Source: Peptococcaceae bacterium (GTDB lineage: Bacteria > Bacillota > Peptococcia > DRI-13 > UBA5745). Taken from it: DNA of 35,229 nucleotides. Each line of letters opens with the position of its first letter. Within the stretch, counting starts at the first letter, position 1. A program made the translations under genes and the position numbers. Shown piece after piece: positions 17,105-25,808 of this stretch. The stretch lies in the NCBI GenBank assembly GCA_031264885.1, contig JAISDM010000173.1, positions 1 through 35,229 of the forward strand. Direction: 5' to 3'. A model generated the notes under the pieces. It did no database searches. It saw nothing but the letters and a program-made list of their open reading frames with translations, and was not told where the DNA came from.

Positions 17105-17245
17105 TGAAATAAACTTAACATTTTGCTTGTCTTTTTTCCCTCTGGCGGCGTTGCTCATTCTTGACGTACCACTGCGAGTACGCCTGCGAATTCGCGCCTT
17201 GCCAGAGGAAAAAAATCCTGCGCAAAATTTGTTAACTTTATTTCA
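17105..17245. other. Nested inverted-repeat element of about 140 nt (long structured hairpin)
   Basis: The outer arms are TGAAATAAACTTAACATTTTGC (17105-17126) and GCAAAATTTGTTAACTTTATTTCA (17222-17245). The inner arms are CTTTTTTCCCTCTGGC (17131-17146) and GCCAGAGGAAAAAAA (17201-17215). The centre holds the GCGAATTCGC palindrome and a CGTAC...GTACG stem. The right arm overlaps the copZ stop codon. Confidence 0.6.
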
Positions 17246-17452
17246 TGAAGATACCGTATACCCCTGATCCTCAATTTCCAGTTTGATTTTGTCGAGAGGC
17301 GTCTGAGCGGGATCGTACCGCAGGGACACCGTTTTTCCCTCCAGATCCACCGAGACGTCCGCGACGCCCGGCAACACGCCCACCGCGCCTTTGACCGCCT
17401 TTACACAATGCTCGCAGGACATCCCGTCCACATTCAATACGGTATTCTCCAT
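17243..17452 (-). CDS. copZ: Heavy-metal-associated copper chaperone
   Basis: 69 aa with the GMSCEHC metal-binding motif (MxCxxC) in an HMA ferredoxin-like fold. Confidence 0.85.
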   Translation of the reverse strand: MENTVLNVDGMSCEHCVKAVKGAVGVLPGVADVSVDLEGKTVSLRYDPAQTPLDKIKLEIEDQGYTVSS

Positions 17453-17496
17453 TTCAATCGCTCCATTCCACAGTTAAATTTATCCTGTTTTTTGAT

Positions 17497-17853
17497 TCAG
17501 AACGCGTCCTGAATCCATTCGACGGACTGAACCTGATCCCGATTTCCCAGCAAAATCCCCACCACATCGAAACGGCACAGCCGCTCCATGTCGAAATGGC
17601 GCTTCAAGTATTGGGTCGCCACCCTGCGGATCTTCTGCCGCTTCCTTTGGTTCACCGTTTCCTGAGGGAGTCCCCGGGACGCCTCCCGGCGGCTTCTCAC
17701 CTCCACAAAAACCAATACGCCCTCTTTCTCCGCGATTAAATCAATCTCCCCCAGGCGCGTCCTGAAATTCCTCTCAACGATACGGCAGCCCTCCCCGGCG
17801 AGATACTTCGCCGCGGCCTCCTCCGCGAGCGCGCCTTTTTCTTTATTGTTCAC
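17497..17853 (-). CDS. yraN: YraN-family endonuclease (UPF0102)
   Basis: GALAEEAAAKYL...RNFRTRLGEIDLIAEKEGVLVFVEVRSR is the typical YraN signature. The GTG at 17853 (after GGGGGG) is preferred over the track start 17916, which would overlap rnhB. Confidence 0.75.
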   Translation of the reverse strand: MNNKEKGALAEEAAAKYLAGEGCRIVERNFRTRLGEIDLIAEKEGVLVFVEVRSRREASRGLPQETVNQRKRQKIRRVATQYLKRHFDMERLCRFDVVGILLGNRDQVQSVEWIQDAF

Positions 17854-17894
17854 AGGACACCCCCCCGGTCCGCGCCAGACTGTCCGAAAACGCG

Positions 17895-18575
17895 CTATCC
17901 CGCCGGAGGCGCCCATATCCGGCTGAGGAAAGACATCCGGTGTACCCGGCAGGGCCCGTATTCCTGTATCGCCGCCACATGAGCCCGGGTTCCGTAACCC
18001 TTGTGCTTCCGAAAGCCGTACAAAGGGAATTCCCCGTCCAGTTCCTCCATACAGCGGTCCCGCGCCGTCTTAGCCAAAACAGACGCGGCGCTGATACAGG
18101 CGCACAGCGCGTCCCCCCTGACGATGCCCTCCTGATTCCGGATCCCCGGCAATGTCAAAGCATCCAGCAGCAGATAATCCGGCGCCTGGGACAAACCGTC
18201 CAAAGCCCTGCGCATGGCTGTTTTGGTGGCCTCCAGTATGTTGAGAGCCTCAATTTCCTCCACAGAAGCCCAGCCCACCGCCCAGGCCACCGCCTCCTCC
18301 CGGATGCGCAGCGCCAGTTTTTCCCGAACCGAAGGAGACAGCTTCTTCGAGTCGTTCAACCGCTTCAAGCGGAATCCCCGGGGCAATATCACCGCCGCCG
18401 CCGTCACCGGCCCCGCCAGCGGACCCCGCCCCGCCTCATCCAAACCGGCCACATACCGAAAGCCCCGCCGCGCCAAATCCTCTTCCCTGGCCGACAAAGC
18501 CTCCAGACGGGCCCGCTCCGCCGCGCTCATCGCTTCCGAGTGTTCCGCCGCTCCCACTCGATTCACCGCTCCCAT
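17895..18575 (-). CDS. rnhB: Ribonuclease HII
   Basis: Motifs are GLDEAGRGPLAGPV, DSKKLS and KHKGYGT..H. The track ORF (to 18692) runs through repeat R4 (residues RGGRMPPG come from the repeat). The start is therefore placed at the ATG at 18575. The ATG at 18530 is an alternative. Confidence 0.85.
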   Translation of the reverse strand: MGAVNRVGAAEHSEAMSAAERARLEALSAREEDLARRGFRYVAGLDEAGRGPLAGPVTAAAVILPRGFRLKRLNDSKKLSPSVREKLALRIREEAVAWAVGWASVEEIEALNILEATKTAMRRALDGLSQAPDYLLLDALTLPGIRNQEGIVRGDALCACISAASVLAKTARDRCMEELDGEFPLYGFRKHKGYGTRAHVAAIQEYGPCRVHRMSFLSRIWAPPAG

Positions 18576-18601
18576 ATTTGGAATTTCGCGTCCGCCAAAG
18601 C

Positions 18602-18686
18602 CGGGCGGCATCCTGCCGCCCCTACAAACAAGATCATCCGCGGCGCCGCAGGGGCGGCATCCTGCCGCCCGGGACCGTCCGGGAAC
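18602..18686. repeat. Intergenic modular palindromic repeat, locus R4
   Basis: CGGGCGGCATCCTGCCGCCCCTAC...GCAGGGGCGGCATCCTGCCGCCCGGGACCGTCCGGGAAC lies between ylqF and rnhB. Confidence 0.8.
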
Positions 18687-18698
18687 TATCATGATTTG

Positions 18699-19541
18699 TC
18701 ATTCATCCAGCGTAATCAAACCCAACTTGCCCCCGCGAAATTCGTCCAGGATCATAACCGCCCCTTTTTCAGATTCCGTCAGCCCGCCTTTTCTCAAGAA
18801 CCCCCGCTTTCGCGAAATGGCTTCCAAAAGCTCCGGCCCCGCCAAATCCTCATCCACACCGTACCTGGCTTCCAGCCGCCCGGGCCGGCGCGTCCTCAGC
18901 CAGTCCAGCAGCCATCTCGCCAGTTCGGGCGCGTCATAAGCCCCTTCCCCCACAGCCCCTGTAACCGCCAGTTTAAGCCCCGTCTCCGGGTCTTCAATTT
19001 TGGGCCAGAGTATCCCCGGCATATCCAGCAATTCCAGATCCTTCTCCAGCCGGATCCATTGTTTGCCCCGGGTAACGCCCGGCTTATCCGCCGTCTCCGT
19101 TTTTTCCCTGCCGGCAAAGAAATTAATCCATGTGGACTTGCCCACATTGGGAATCCCTATGACCATCGCCCGCACGGACGTGTTGACAATGCCCCGGCTT
19201 CCGCGCTTCTTCAATATGGGGGCGGTCTGCGCGCGGATGTTTTCCAGGATCCGCTTTTTCTCGTTTTTCGCGTTTTTGTCCAGGAAACTGACGGCGATGG
19301 CGGCGGTCCCGCTTGCGGCATAATAGCGCAGCCAGCCATTGGTCATGGCAGGCTCAGCCAAGTCCGCCTTCGTCATCATCAGAAGACGCGGCTTACTGCC
19401 CGCCCATTCCTCCAGAAGAGGATTCCGGCTGCTTATGGGAATACGCGCGTCCACCAATTCCAGAACCGCGTCCACCAGCCGCATATTCTCCAGAATCAGC
19501 TTTCTGGCCTTGGTCATATGACCGGGAAACCACTGTATCAT
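18699..19541 (-). CDS. rbgA: Ribosome biogenesis GTPase A (YlqF/RbgA)
   Basis: 280 aa. It starts MIQWFPGHMTKA and has circularly permuted GTPase motifs (MTKADL, GIPNVGKST). Confidence 0.9.
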   Translation of the reverse strand: MIQWFPGHMTKARKLILENMRLVDAVLELVDARIPISSRNPLLEEWAGSKPRLLMMTKADLAEPAMTNGWLRYYAASGTAAIAVSFLDKNAKNEKKRILENIRAQTAPILKKRGSRGIVNTSVRAMVIGIPNVGKSTWINFFAGREKTETADKPGVTRGKQWIRLEKDLELLDMPGILWPKIEDPETGLKLAVTGAVGEGAYDAPELARWLLDWLRTRRPGRLEARYGVDEDLAGPELLEAISRKRGFLRKGGLTESEKGAVMILDEFRGGKLGLITLDE

Positions 19542-19554
19542 CTCAAGCCGCCGG

Positions 19555-19896
19555 TCAGGCGCGTTCCTTAATTCTTGCCGCCTTGCCGGACAGCTTGCGC
19601 AGATAAAACAATTTGGCGCGGCGGACCTTGCCCTTCCTGACCACCTCTATTTTCTGAATCCTCGGCATGTGTACGGGGAAACACCGTTCCACCCCGACCC
19701 CATAAGCCACCCGCCGAACGGTGAACGTCTCGCTGAGCCCGCCTCCCCGCCTTTGAATCACAACCCCTTCATAAGGCTGAACCCGCTCCTTCGCCCCTTC
19801 CACCACGCGGACATGAACCCTCACGGTGTCTCCCGGACGAAAATCGGGAACGTCTTCGCGCAGCTGCTCGGCTTCAATACTGCGAATCAAATCCAT
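19555..19896 (-). CDS. rplS: 50S ribosomal protein L19
   Basis: [44 protein letters not shown]. The ATG at 19896 follows AAGGAGA. The upstream extension in the track ORF was rejected. Confidence 0.95.
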   Translation of the reverse strand: MDLIRSIEAEQLREDVPDFRPGDTVRVHVRVVEGAKERVQPYEGVVIQRRGGGLSETFTVRRVAYGVGVERCFPVHMPRIQKIEVVRKGKVRRAKLFYLRKLSGKAARIKERA

Positions 19897-20641
19897 GGAG
19901 CATTCTCCTTTCTTCTTCTCTATAAATATCTTCCAATAACCGCTGGTCTTCATCCGATAAAGGAACCTTCGCCAGCATCTCCCTGCGTCTCAAAAAAGTC
20001 CGCTTTAAAGACTCCCTGCGCTTCCAAAGGCGAATTTGCTCATGATTGCCGGACAGAAGCGTTTCCGGCACCCACTGTCCCCGGAATTCCCGGGGCCTGG
20101 TATACTGAGGGTATTCCAGCAGCCCATCCGAGAAAGAATCCGTCAGGGTCGATTCCTCCGCCCCCAGAACCCCCGGCAAAAGCCGGCACACAGCGTCAAT
20201 GACGACCATGGCGCACAACTCGCCGCCGGTCAGAATATAATCCCCGATGCTGATCTCCTCATCCGCCAGACAGCGGACGCGCTCGTCGAATCCCTCATAA
20301 TGACCGCAGATGAACGCCAGCGCGGGTTCCCCGGCCAGAGACCTCGCCATGGATTGGTTAAACACGCGCCCCTGAGGCGTCATCAGCAGGATTTTGCCCT
20401 TGTAACGCTCCCCGCCCAAGACATCCTCCACCGCGTGATAAATCGGCTCCGGCTTCAAAACCATCCCGGCGCCTCCGCCATAAGGACTGTCGTCTACATT
20501 CTGATGCTTCATGGACGAATAATCCCTGTAATTCACCGCCTCAAAAAAGATTCGCCGGCTCTGCCTGGCTCTCTTCAGAATGCTGGTATTCAGCGGCCCC
20601 TCAAACATTTCCGGAAAAATTGAAAACACATGAATGTCCAC
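19874..20641 (-). CDS. trmD: tRNA (guanine37-N1)-methyltransferase
   Basis: The start is GTG ([17 protein letters not shown]), 6 nt after GGGAGGA. Motifs are [12 protein letters not shown] and [12 protein letters not shown]. The 3' end overlaps rplS by 23 nt. Confidence 0.9.
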   Translation of the reverse strand: MDIHVFSIFPEMFEGPLNTSILKRARQSRRIFFEAVNYRDYSSMKHQNVDDSPYGGGAGMVLKPEPIYHAVEDVLGGERYKGKILLMTPQGRVFNQSMARSLAGEPALAFICGHYEGFDERVRCLADEEISIGDYILTGGELCAMVVIDAVCRLLPGVLGAEESTLTDSFSDGLLEYPQYTRPREFRGQWVPETLLSGNHEQIRLWKRRESLKRTFLRRREMLAKVPLSDEDQRLLEDIYREEERRMLHGFDSQY

Positions 20642-20657
20642 CGCGTATCCTCCCGCC

Positions 20658-21155
20658 TCAATCCAAAAGCCCCGGCGGCAAAGCCACCTCCATACGGTTC
20701 GCTTCCAAATCCACCTTCCGGACAACCCATTTCAACGCCGGAACCAATATTTCGCGCCCGCCGTCCCGAACCACATACACATCATTGCTCCCCGGCTGCA
20801 GCACCTCCGCGATTTTGCCGTAGTAACGGTCCCCCTCGTACACATCCATCCCCACCAGCTGAAAGATATAATACCTTCCCTCCGGCAAAGGCTTCAGCTC
20901 CGCCTCCGGGATCCGCAGGAACCGCCCTTTCAAGGCCGCGCCCTGATCCATATCCCCTACCTCCGGGAACGTCAGCAGGACCATTCCCTTGTGATAGCGC
21001 ACGGTTCCAACGCTCAAAGGCTTCATCCGCCCGTCTTCCTGGACATATACCGTCTTCAGCTCCTCAAAGCGGGACGGATCGTCGGTCAGAGGCCAAACCT
21101 TCACCTCTCCTTTGGCGCCGTGCGTATTGACCACTCTGCCCACCGGTATATACAT
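20658..21155 (-). CDS. rimM: 16S rRNA processing protein RimM
   Basis: 165 aa. The N-terminus is VGRVVNTHGAKGEVKV, followed by a PRC-barrel C-terminus. The gene sits in the conserved position between the KH gene and trmD. Confidence 0.9.
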   Translation of the reverse strand: MYIPVGRVVNTHGAKGEVKVWPLTDDPSRFEELKTVYVQEDGRMKPLSVGTVRYHKGMVLLTFPEVGDMDQGAALKGRFLRIPEAELKPLPEGRYYIFQLVGMDVYEGDRYYGKIAEVLQPGSNDVYVVRDGGREILVPALKWVVRKVDLEANRMEVALPPGLLD

Positions 21156-21181
21156 GGCACTCCTTTTTCCAGCCCGAATCT

Positions 21182-21412
21182 TTAGGACAAAATATCCACC
21201 GCGACCTTTTTGCTGTCCCCCTGAGAAGCGGCCCTGACCACCGTCCGGATGGCCTTGGCGATCCGCCCGTGCTTGCCGATCACCTTGCCCATGTCCTCGG
21301 GAGACACCCGCAGCTCAATCAAAAGCGTCTCATCGTCCTCGCGCTGTTCCACAGCCACAGCGTCAGGATTGTCCACTAAAGCGCGCGCCAGATATTCCAC
21401 CAGCTCTTTCAT
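21182..21412 (-). CDS. KH-domain RNA-binding protein (YlqC/UPF0109)
   Basis: MKELVEYLARALVDNPDAV... and GKVIGKHGRIAKAIRTV (GxxG KH motif). The ATG at 21412 lies 6 nt after TAGGAGGTG. Confidence 0.85.
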   Translation of the reverse strand: MKELVEYLARALVDNPDAVAVEQREDDETLLIELRVSPEDMGKVIGKHGRIAKAIRTVVRAASQGDSKKVAVDILS

Positions 21413-21424
21413 GCCCCGCACCTC

Positions 21425-21673
21425 CTATTTTGTCAAAACGCCCGCCTTGATCAAAATCCCCTTAACGGTTTCGGAAGGTTTCGCGCCTGTCCCAAGCCAA
21501 TATTTGGCCCGTTCCTCATTGACACTGATCACACTCGGCTCCTTTGTGGGATCATAAATCCCGATCTCCTCAATGAACCTGCCGTCCCTGGGCGAACGGG
21601 AGTCCGCCACCACCAAACGGTAAAAAGGCGCCTTCTTTGCCCCCAACCGTCTCAACCTAATTCTTGTCGCCAT
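21425..21673 (-). CDS. rpsP: 30S ribosomal protein S16
   Basis: [41 protein letters not shown]. Confidence 0.95.
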   Translation of the reverse strand: MATRIRLRRLGAKKAPFYRLVVADSRSPRDGRFIEEIGIYDPTKEPSVISVNEERAKYWLGTGAKPSETVKGILIKAGVLTK

Positions 21674-21686
21674 CCACTCTCACCTC

Positions 21687-23051
21687 CTATCTCTTCTTTT
21701 TGAAAAACGGCGCGGCCGCGTTCCCTTTTTTCATCATCTTGCCCGGCAGCGTCTGGTTCATCAGCCTCATCATCTTCTGCATCTCCGCGAACTGCTTGAG
21801 AAGGCGGTTCACCATCTGCACCGAAGTCCCGCTGCCCGCGGCGATCCGTTTCCGCCGGCTGCCGTTGATGATCTCCGGCTTCCGGCGCTCCTGAAGCGTC
21901 ATAGACCGGATGATGGCTTCCGTTTTGCCCATCTCCTTCTCGCTCAGCTCCATATTTTGAGCGCCCTTGATCTTGCTCATCCCCGGAATCATGTCCATCA
22001 GCTGATCCAAAGGCCCCATCGCCTTCATCTGCTGAAACTGATCCAGGAAATCCTCCAGAGTGAACTCCGACTTCCGGATCTTTTCCTCCAGTTCGCGGGC
22101 TTTTTTCTCATCGATCTGGGTTTGGGCCTTCTCGATCAACGTCAGCACGTCCCCCATGCCCAATATCCGGGAAGCCATACGGTCCGGATGGAAGGGTTCC
22201 AGCGCGTCCAATTTCTCCCCCATGCCCACAAATTTAATGGGCTTGCCGGTCACCGCCTTAATAGACAGCGCCGCGCCGCCTCTGGTATCGCCGTCCAGCT
22301 TGGTCAGTATCACACCGTCCACGTCCAGCCGGCTGTTGAAGGTCTCCGTCACATTCACGGCGTCCTGCCCCGTCATGGCGTCCACCACCAGCAATATCTC
22401 ATGGGGCTTCACCTGATCCCTGATCTGCTCCAGCTCCATCATCAGGTCGTCGTCCACATGAAGCCGCCCCGCCGTGTCGATGAGAACCATATCGCAATCC
22501 TGCCGCTCCGCCGAAGCCACAGCCGCCTTCGCGATATCCACCGGGCCGCTCTTGTCTCCCATGGAAAAAACAGGCGCATCCGCCTGACCGCCCAAGACCT
22601 GAAGCTGCTTCACCGCCGCCGGGCGGTAAATATCACACGCGGCCAGCATCGGACGTCTGCCCTGAGCCTTCAGCGTTTTGGCAAGCTTAGCGACGGTGGT
22701 TGTCTTGCCCGAACCCTGAAGCCCGGCCAGCATAACAACGGTAGGCGGCTTGGACGCCGTGCCTATCCTGGAAGTGTTCTCCCCCAGCAGCCGGATCATT
22801 TCCTCATGAACCAGCTTCACCACCTGCTGGCCGGGAGTGAGGCTTCCCGCCACTTCCGACCCGAGAGCGCGCTCCGTAAGGGTCTGGACGAAACTCTTCA
22901 CCACCTTGTAATTCACATCCGCTTCCAGCAGAGCCATCCGCACTTCCCGCATGGCTTCCGACAAATCCTTCTCAGAGAGCTTGCCCTTGCCCCTGAGTTT
23001 TTTGAATATGTTTTGAAACCGCTCGGTCAGCCCCTCGAAAGCCACGGCCAT
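21687..23051 (-). CDS. ffh: Signal recognition particle protein Ffh
   Basis: 454 aa. It starts [21 protein letters not shown] and has the GTPase motifs [14 protein letters not shown] and TKLDGD. An M-domain with a Met-rich C-terminus follows. Confidence 0.95.
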   Translation of the reverse strand: MAVAFEGLTERFQNIFKKLRGKGKLSEKDLSEAMREVRMALLEADVNYKVVKSFVQTLTERALGSEVAGSLTPGQQVVKLVHEEMIRLLGENTSRIGTASKPPTVVMLAGLQGSGKTTTVAKLAKTLKAQGRRPMLAACDIYRPAAVKQLQVLGGQADAPVFSMGDKSGPVDIAKAAVASAERQDCDMVLIDTAGRLHVDDDLMMELEQIRDQVKPHEILLVVDAMTGQDAVNVTETFNSRLDVDGVILTKLDGDTRGGAALSIKAVTGKPIKFVGMGEKLDALEPFHPDRMASRILGMGDVLTLIEKAQTQIDEKKARELEEKIRKSEFTLEDFLDQFQQMKAMGPLDQLMDMIPGMSKIKGAQNMELSEKEMGKTEAIIRSMTLQERRKPEIINGSRRKRIAAGSGTSVQMVNRLLKQFAEMQKMMRLMNQTLPGKMMKKGNAAAPFFKKKR

Positions 23052-23070
23052 CCCTCCCTTCGGAGCCCGT

Positions 23071-23424
23071 TTACATCTCTATCGTAAGCACCTGAGAAAT
23101 ACGCGCCCTGAACTCATCCAGCCAATGCTCCGGGATGACCCCCGCCGCGTCGTCCAGCCGGCTCAAAAAAGCCTCCCCCGCCGCCTTTCGGCGGATATGA
23201 GCATCCACCAGCGACAAAACCCGCTCATAATCCTCCATCTCCCGATCGGCGCGGCGCAGCAAATCATAAACCGCCGCCCGGGACACACCGCCGTCCGCCG
23301 CGATCTCTCCCAGGGATAAATCCTTCTGATAGTACAGATCATAAACCTCCCGCTGCTTCCGGGTCAACAGATCCCCATAAAAATCAAACAGCAAAACCCG
23401 CCGGGTCCGGTCGTCCATACACAT
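23071..23424 (-). CDS. ylxM: YlxM/p13-like putative DNA-binding protein (UPF0122)
   Basis: [32 protein letters not shown] is a sigma-70 region 4-like HTH. The gene sits in the conserved position upstream of ffh. The start is the ATG at 23424 or 23418. Confidence 0.85.
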   Translation of the reverse strand: MCMDDRTRRVLLFDFYGDLLTRKQREVYDLYYQKDLSLGEIAADGGVSRAAVYDLLRRADREMEDYERVLSLVDAHIRRKAAGEAFLSRLDDAAGVIPEHWLDEFRARISQVLTIEM

Positions 23425-23461
23425 CGCCCAATCTGTAAAGGATTTTTGCTTGACACATCAT

Positions 23462-23490
23462 ATTGTAGCAAGCGCCCTCCCCATTGTCAA
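23462..23490 (-). promoter_or_regulatory. Sigma-70-type promoter for the ylxM-ffh operon
   Basis: On the minus strand the sequence reads TTGACA - 17 nt - TACAAT, about 35 nt upstream of the ylxM start. Confidence 0.55.
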
Positions 23491-23511
23491 GCAGTTTTTG
23501 AATTTGTAACC

Positions 23512-23540
23512 TTGATTTACTTGTGACTTTGGCGTATGAT
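23512..23540 (+). promoter_or_regulatory. Sigma-70-type promoter for the Uma2 gene
   Basis: TTGATT - 17 nt - TATGAT. The track ATG at 23536 lies inside the -10 box, which supports the downstream start at 23566. Confidence 0.5.
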
Positions 23541-23565
23541 AAAAACACATTGGAGGTGGTTTGCC

Positions 23566-24114
23566 ATGCCGTTGTTGGTAGACAGAGAAGAGCCCATGCC
23601 GTTGGAAGAGTTTGTTCATTCCCGTTATATTGACGAGAATTACGAATTATGCGGGGGAGAATTGGTGGCAATGTCTCCGGCCAGGGTTTCACATGAAATG
23701 GTTGTAATGAACATCCTCTATTTGTTCAGATCAAAGCTTTTTGGCTCCCCCTGTTCCGTGTTTCCAAGTAATCTGGGCATCTATTTTGAAGAAGACGATT
23801 CATTTGTAATGGCCGACGCGTCGATCATTTGTGATAAATCGAAGATAGTGGACGAAAAATGTGTGCGGCCTCCGGAATTGGTTGTAGAGGTCCTGTCTCC
23901 ACCGACGGCAAAATATTGTTTCGGGAGAAAGCGGGATCTGTATAAACGGTTTGGCGTACAGGAATATTGGATCGTGGACGCGGATAAGAAAGAGGTTTTG
24001 GTGGAGAACTTTGTTCAAGACCAAAAAATTCTGTATCGGACGAAAGGATTCGTTAAATCCGAACTGATAAGCGAACTAGTTTTAAGCCTCGACGACATTT
24101 TTGAAGGGGTTTGA
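23566..24114 (+). CDS. Uma2-family (DUF820) PD-(D/E)xK-like endonuclease
   Basis: Typical Uma2 layout: ELVAMSPA, D...ELVVEVLSP and GVQEYWIVD. The ATG at 23566 lies 6 nt after GGAGGTGG. The gene is visibly more AT-rich than its flanks. Confidence 0.8.
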   Translation: MPLLVDREEPMPLEEFVHSRYIDENYELCGGELVAMSPARVSHEMVVMNILYLFRSKLFGSPCSVFPSNLGIYFEEDDSFVMADASIICDKSKIVDEKCVRPPELVVEVLSPPTAKYCFGRKRDLYKRFGVQEYWIVDADKKEVLVENFVQDQKILYRTKGFVKSELISELVLSLDDIFEGV

Positions 24115-24121
24115 GAGTTGC

Positions 24122-25783
24122 TTACGCCCCCAGCCGGGCGGCCACCCGCTCCCGCCCCATCACCCGCATCATCTCATATAGATCCGGCGACGTCCGCCGC
24201 CCGGCCAGCGCCACCCGGATGACCATCGTCACATCGCCGATCTGGCCCTTATAGGCTTCCGGCGCTTTTTTATAGGTTTTTTTATCCCGGGCGTATCCCA
24301 AGCCGTCACACAGGACGCGGATCTTTTCCATCCAGGCGTTTTTGTCGTCCGCCACATCCGCCACATCCGCGTAAGCCCTCAAGATGGCCCGGACATCCTC
24401 ATCCTTCATTCCCTCCGGATAAAGCGGCCCCCTCGCCTCCGCCGCGCCCTCAAAGACAGAGTCGAAGAAATACCCGAAGACCTCCGGCCCGTCGGCCCAC
24501 TTGGCAATGTCCTTGCGCGGGCTGGCAGCCTCCCGCTCAATATGAAACACCTCCGCCCCATAGCCGGGATCCGAATCGAGAATATCCGCGAAATCCGGGC
24601 GGTACCGCCTGGCCCAGTCATAAATCCGGCGGTACAGATCCTCCTTGCTCAAACCCGCGATGAAATTTTTGCTCACATCCGCCAGCTTATTCATATCCAG
24701 CAAAGCCCCGCCGGCGCTCATCCGGTCAAAACTCACCGGGAACTCCTCCAAAGGCGCGTCCGGACGCTCCATACGCCATTCCTCATAATTGGAATTCATC
24801 AGCATCATCAGGTACTCCCGAACCGCCTCCTCCGGGAACCCCAATTCCGCGTAATAAGACGCCGCCGCCTCCGGATCCTTGCGCTTGCTCAGCTTGCGCC
24901 GCGAAGACCCCTCCGCCTTCAAAACCGGCGCGATATGCCCATATTGGGGCGGCGCCCACCCCATGGCCTCAAACAGCTGCAGATGCACAGGCGCCGAAGC
25001 CAGCCACTCATCCGCCCGAAGCACATGCGTGACACCCATCCAATGGTCGTCCACCACATGGGCAAAATGATAAGTGGGCAGCCCGTCCGTTTTCAAAATC
25101 ACCACATCCTGGACATTCGCCTGCATCTCCAGCGGGCCCTTAATCAAATCCTGATACCCGACACGCTCGCCCGGGCTTCCGGGAGAGCGGAGCCGGACCA
25201 CATACGGCGCGCCCGCCGCAGCCTTTGCCCGGATTTCCTCAAAGGTCAGATCCCGATCCAGAGCCCATTCGCCATAATAGCCGGGATCCGCGCCCAGAGC
25301 CTCCTGCCGCCGCCGCAGCTCCTCCAGTTCCCCGGTCGTGGCGAAACTGGGATAAGCCTTCCCCCGCCGGATCAGCGCCTTCACATGATCCCGGTAAACG
25401 CGCCCCCGCAGGCTTTGCCGGTAAGGCCCGTACACACCCGTCTCCCCGCCGCCTTCCCCAGCCTCCGCGGTCACACCCTCATCAAAGAACACACGGAACT
25501 GGCTCAGCGCCTCCAAGATCATCTCGGCGCCCTTCTCAATCTCACGTTTCCGATCCGTATCCTCGATCCGCAGAAGAACCCGTCCCCCCGACTGATGGGC
25601 AAAACGCTCGTTGATCAAGGCGGTATATACCCCCCCGATATGCAAAAACCCCGTAGGACTGGGCGCGAACCGGGTTACCATCACCCCTTCAGACACGGCC
25701 CGCCGGGGATACAAAGACTCATAATCCGCCTCCGGCCCGTCCTCCGGGAACAAAAACTCCGCCAAAGCAAAATCATCCGACAC
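24122..25783 (-). CDS. gltX: Glutamate--tRNA ligase
   Basis: 553 aa with class I signatures: RFAPSPTGFLHIGG (HIGH) and KLSKRK (KMSKS). The start is GTG. Confidence 0.9.
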   Translation of the reverse strand: MSDDFALAEFLFPEDGPEADYESLYPRRAVSEGVMVTRFAPSPTGFLHIGGVYTALINERFAHQSGGRVLLRIEDTDRKREIEKGAEMILEALSQFRVFFDEGVTAEAGEGGGETGVYGPYRQSLRGRVYRDHVKALIRRGKAYPSFATTGELEELRRRQEALGADPGYYGEWALDRDLTFEEIRAKAAAGAPYVVRLRSPGSPGERVGYQDLIKGPLEMQANVQDVVILKTDGLPTYHFAHVVDDHWMGVTHVLRADEWLASAPVHLQLFEAMGWAPPQYGHIAPVLKAEGSSRRKLSKRKDPEAAASYYAELGFPEEAVREYLMMLMNSNYEEWRMERPDAPLEEFPVSFDRMSAGGALLDMNKLADVSKNFIAGLSKEDLYRRIYDWARRYRPDFADILDSDPGYGAEVFHIEREAASPRKDIAKWADGPEVFGYFFDSVFEGAAEARGPLYPEGMKDEDVRAILRAYADVADVADDKNAWMEKIRVLCDGLGYARDKKTYKKAPEAYKGQIGDVTMVIRVALAGRRTSPDLYEMMRVMGRERVAARLGA

Positions 25784-25808
25784 TCACATACGCTCCCCTC
25801 AGTTAAGA

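Noticed and set aside
17105-17245. The long hairpin as an intrinsic terminator for copZ
   Set aside because: On both strands the T-run lies 5' of the stem and the A-run 3' of it, the reverse of terminator geometry. It is kept only as an unexplained structured element.
17940-19571. 543-aa ORF on the + strand
   Set aside because: It is antisense to rnhB and ylqF and extremely Arg/Pro/Gln-rich. It spans repeat R4 and the gene boundary, so it is a shadow ORF.
25784-25808. T-box or other leader upstream of gltX
   Set aside because: Only 25 nt separate gltX from the preceding gene, far too short for a T-box riboswitch.
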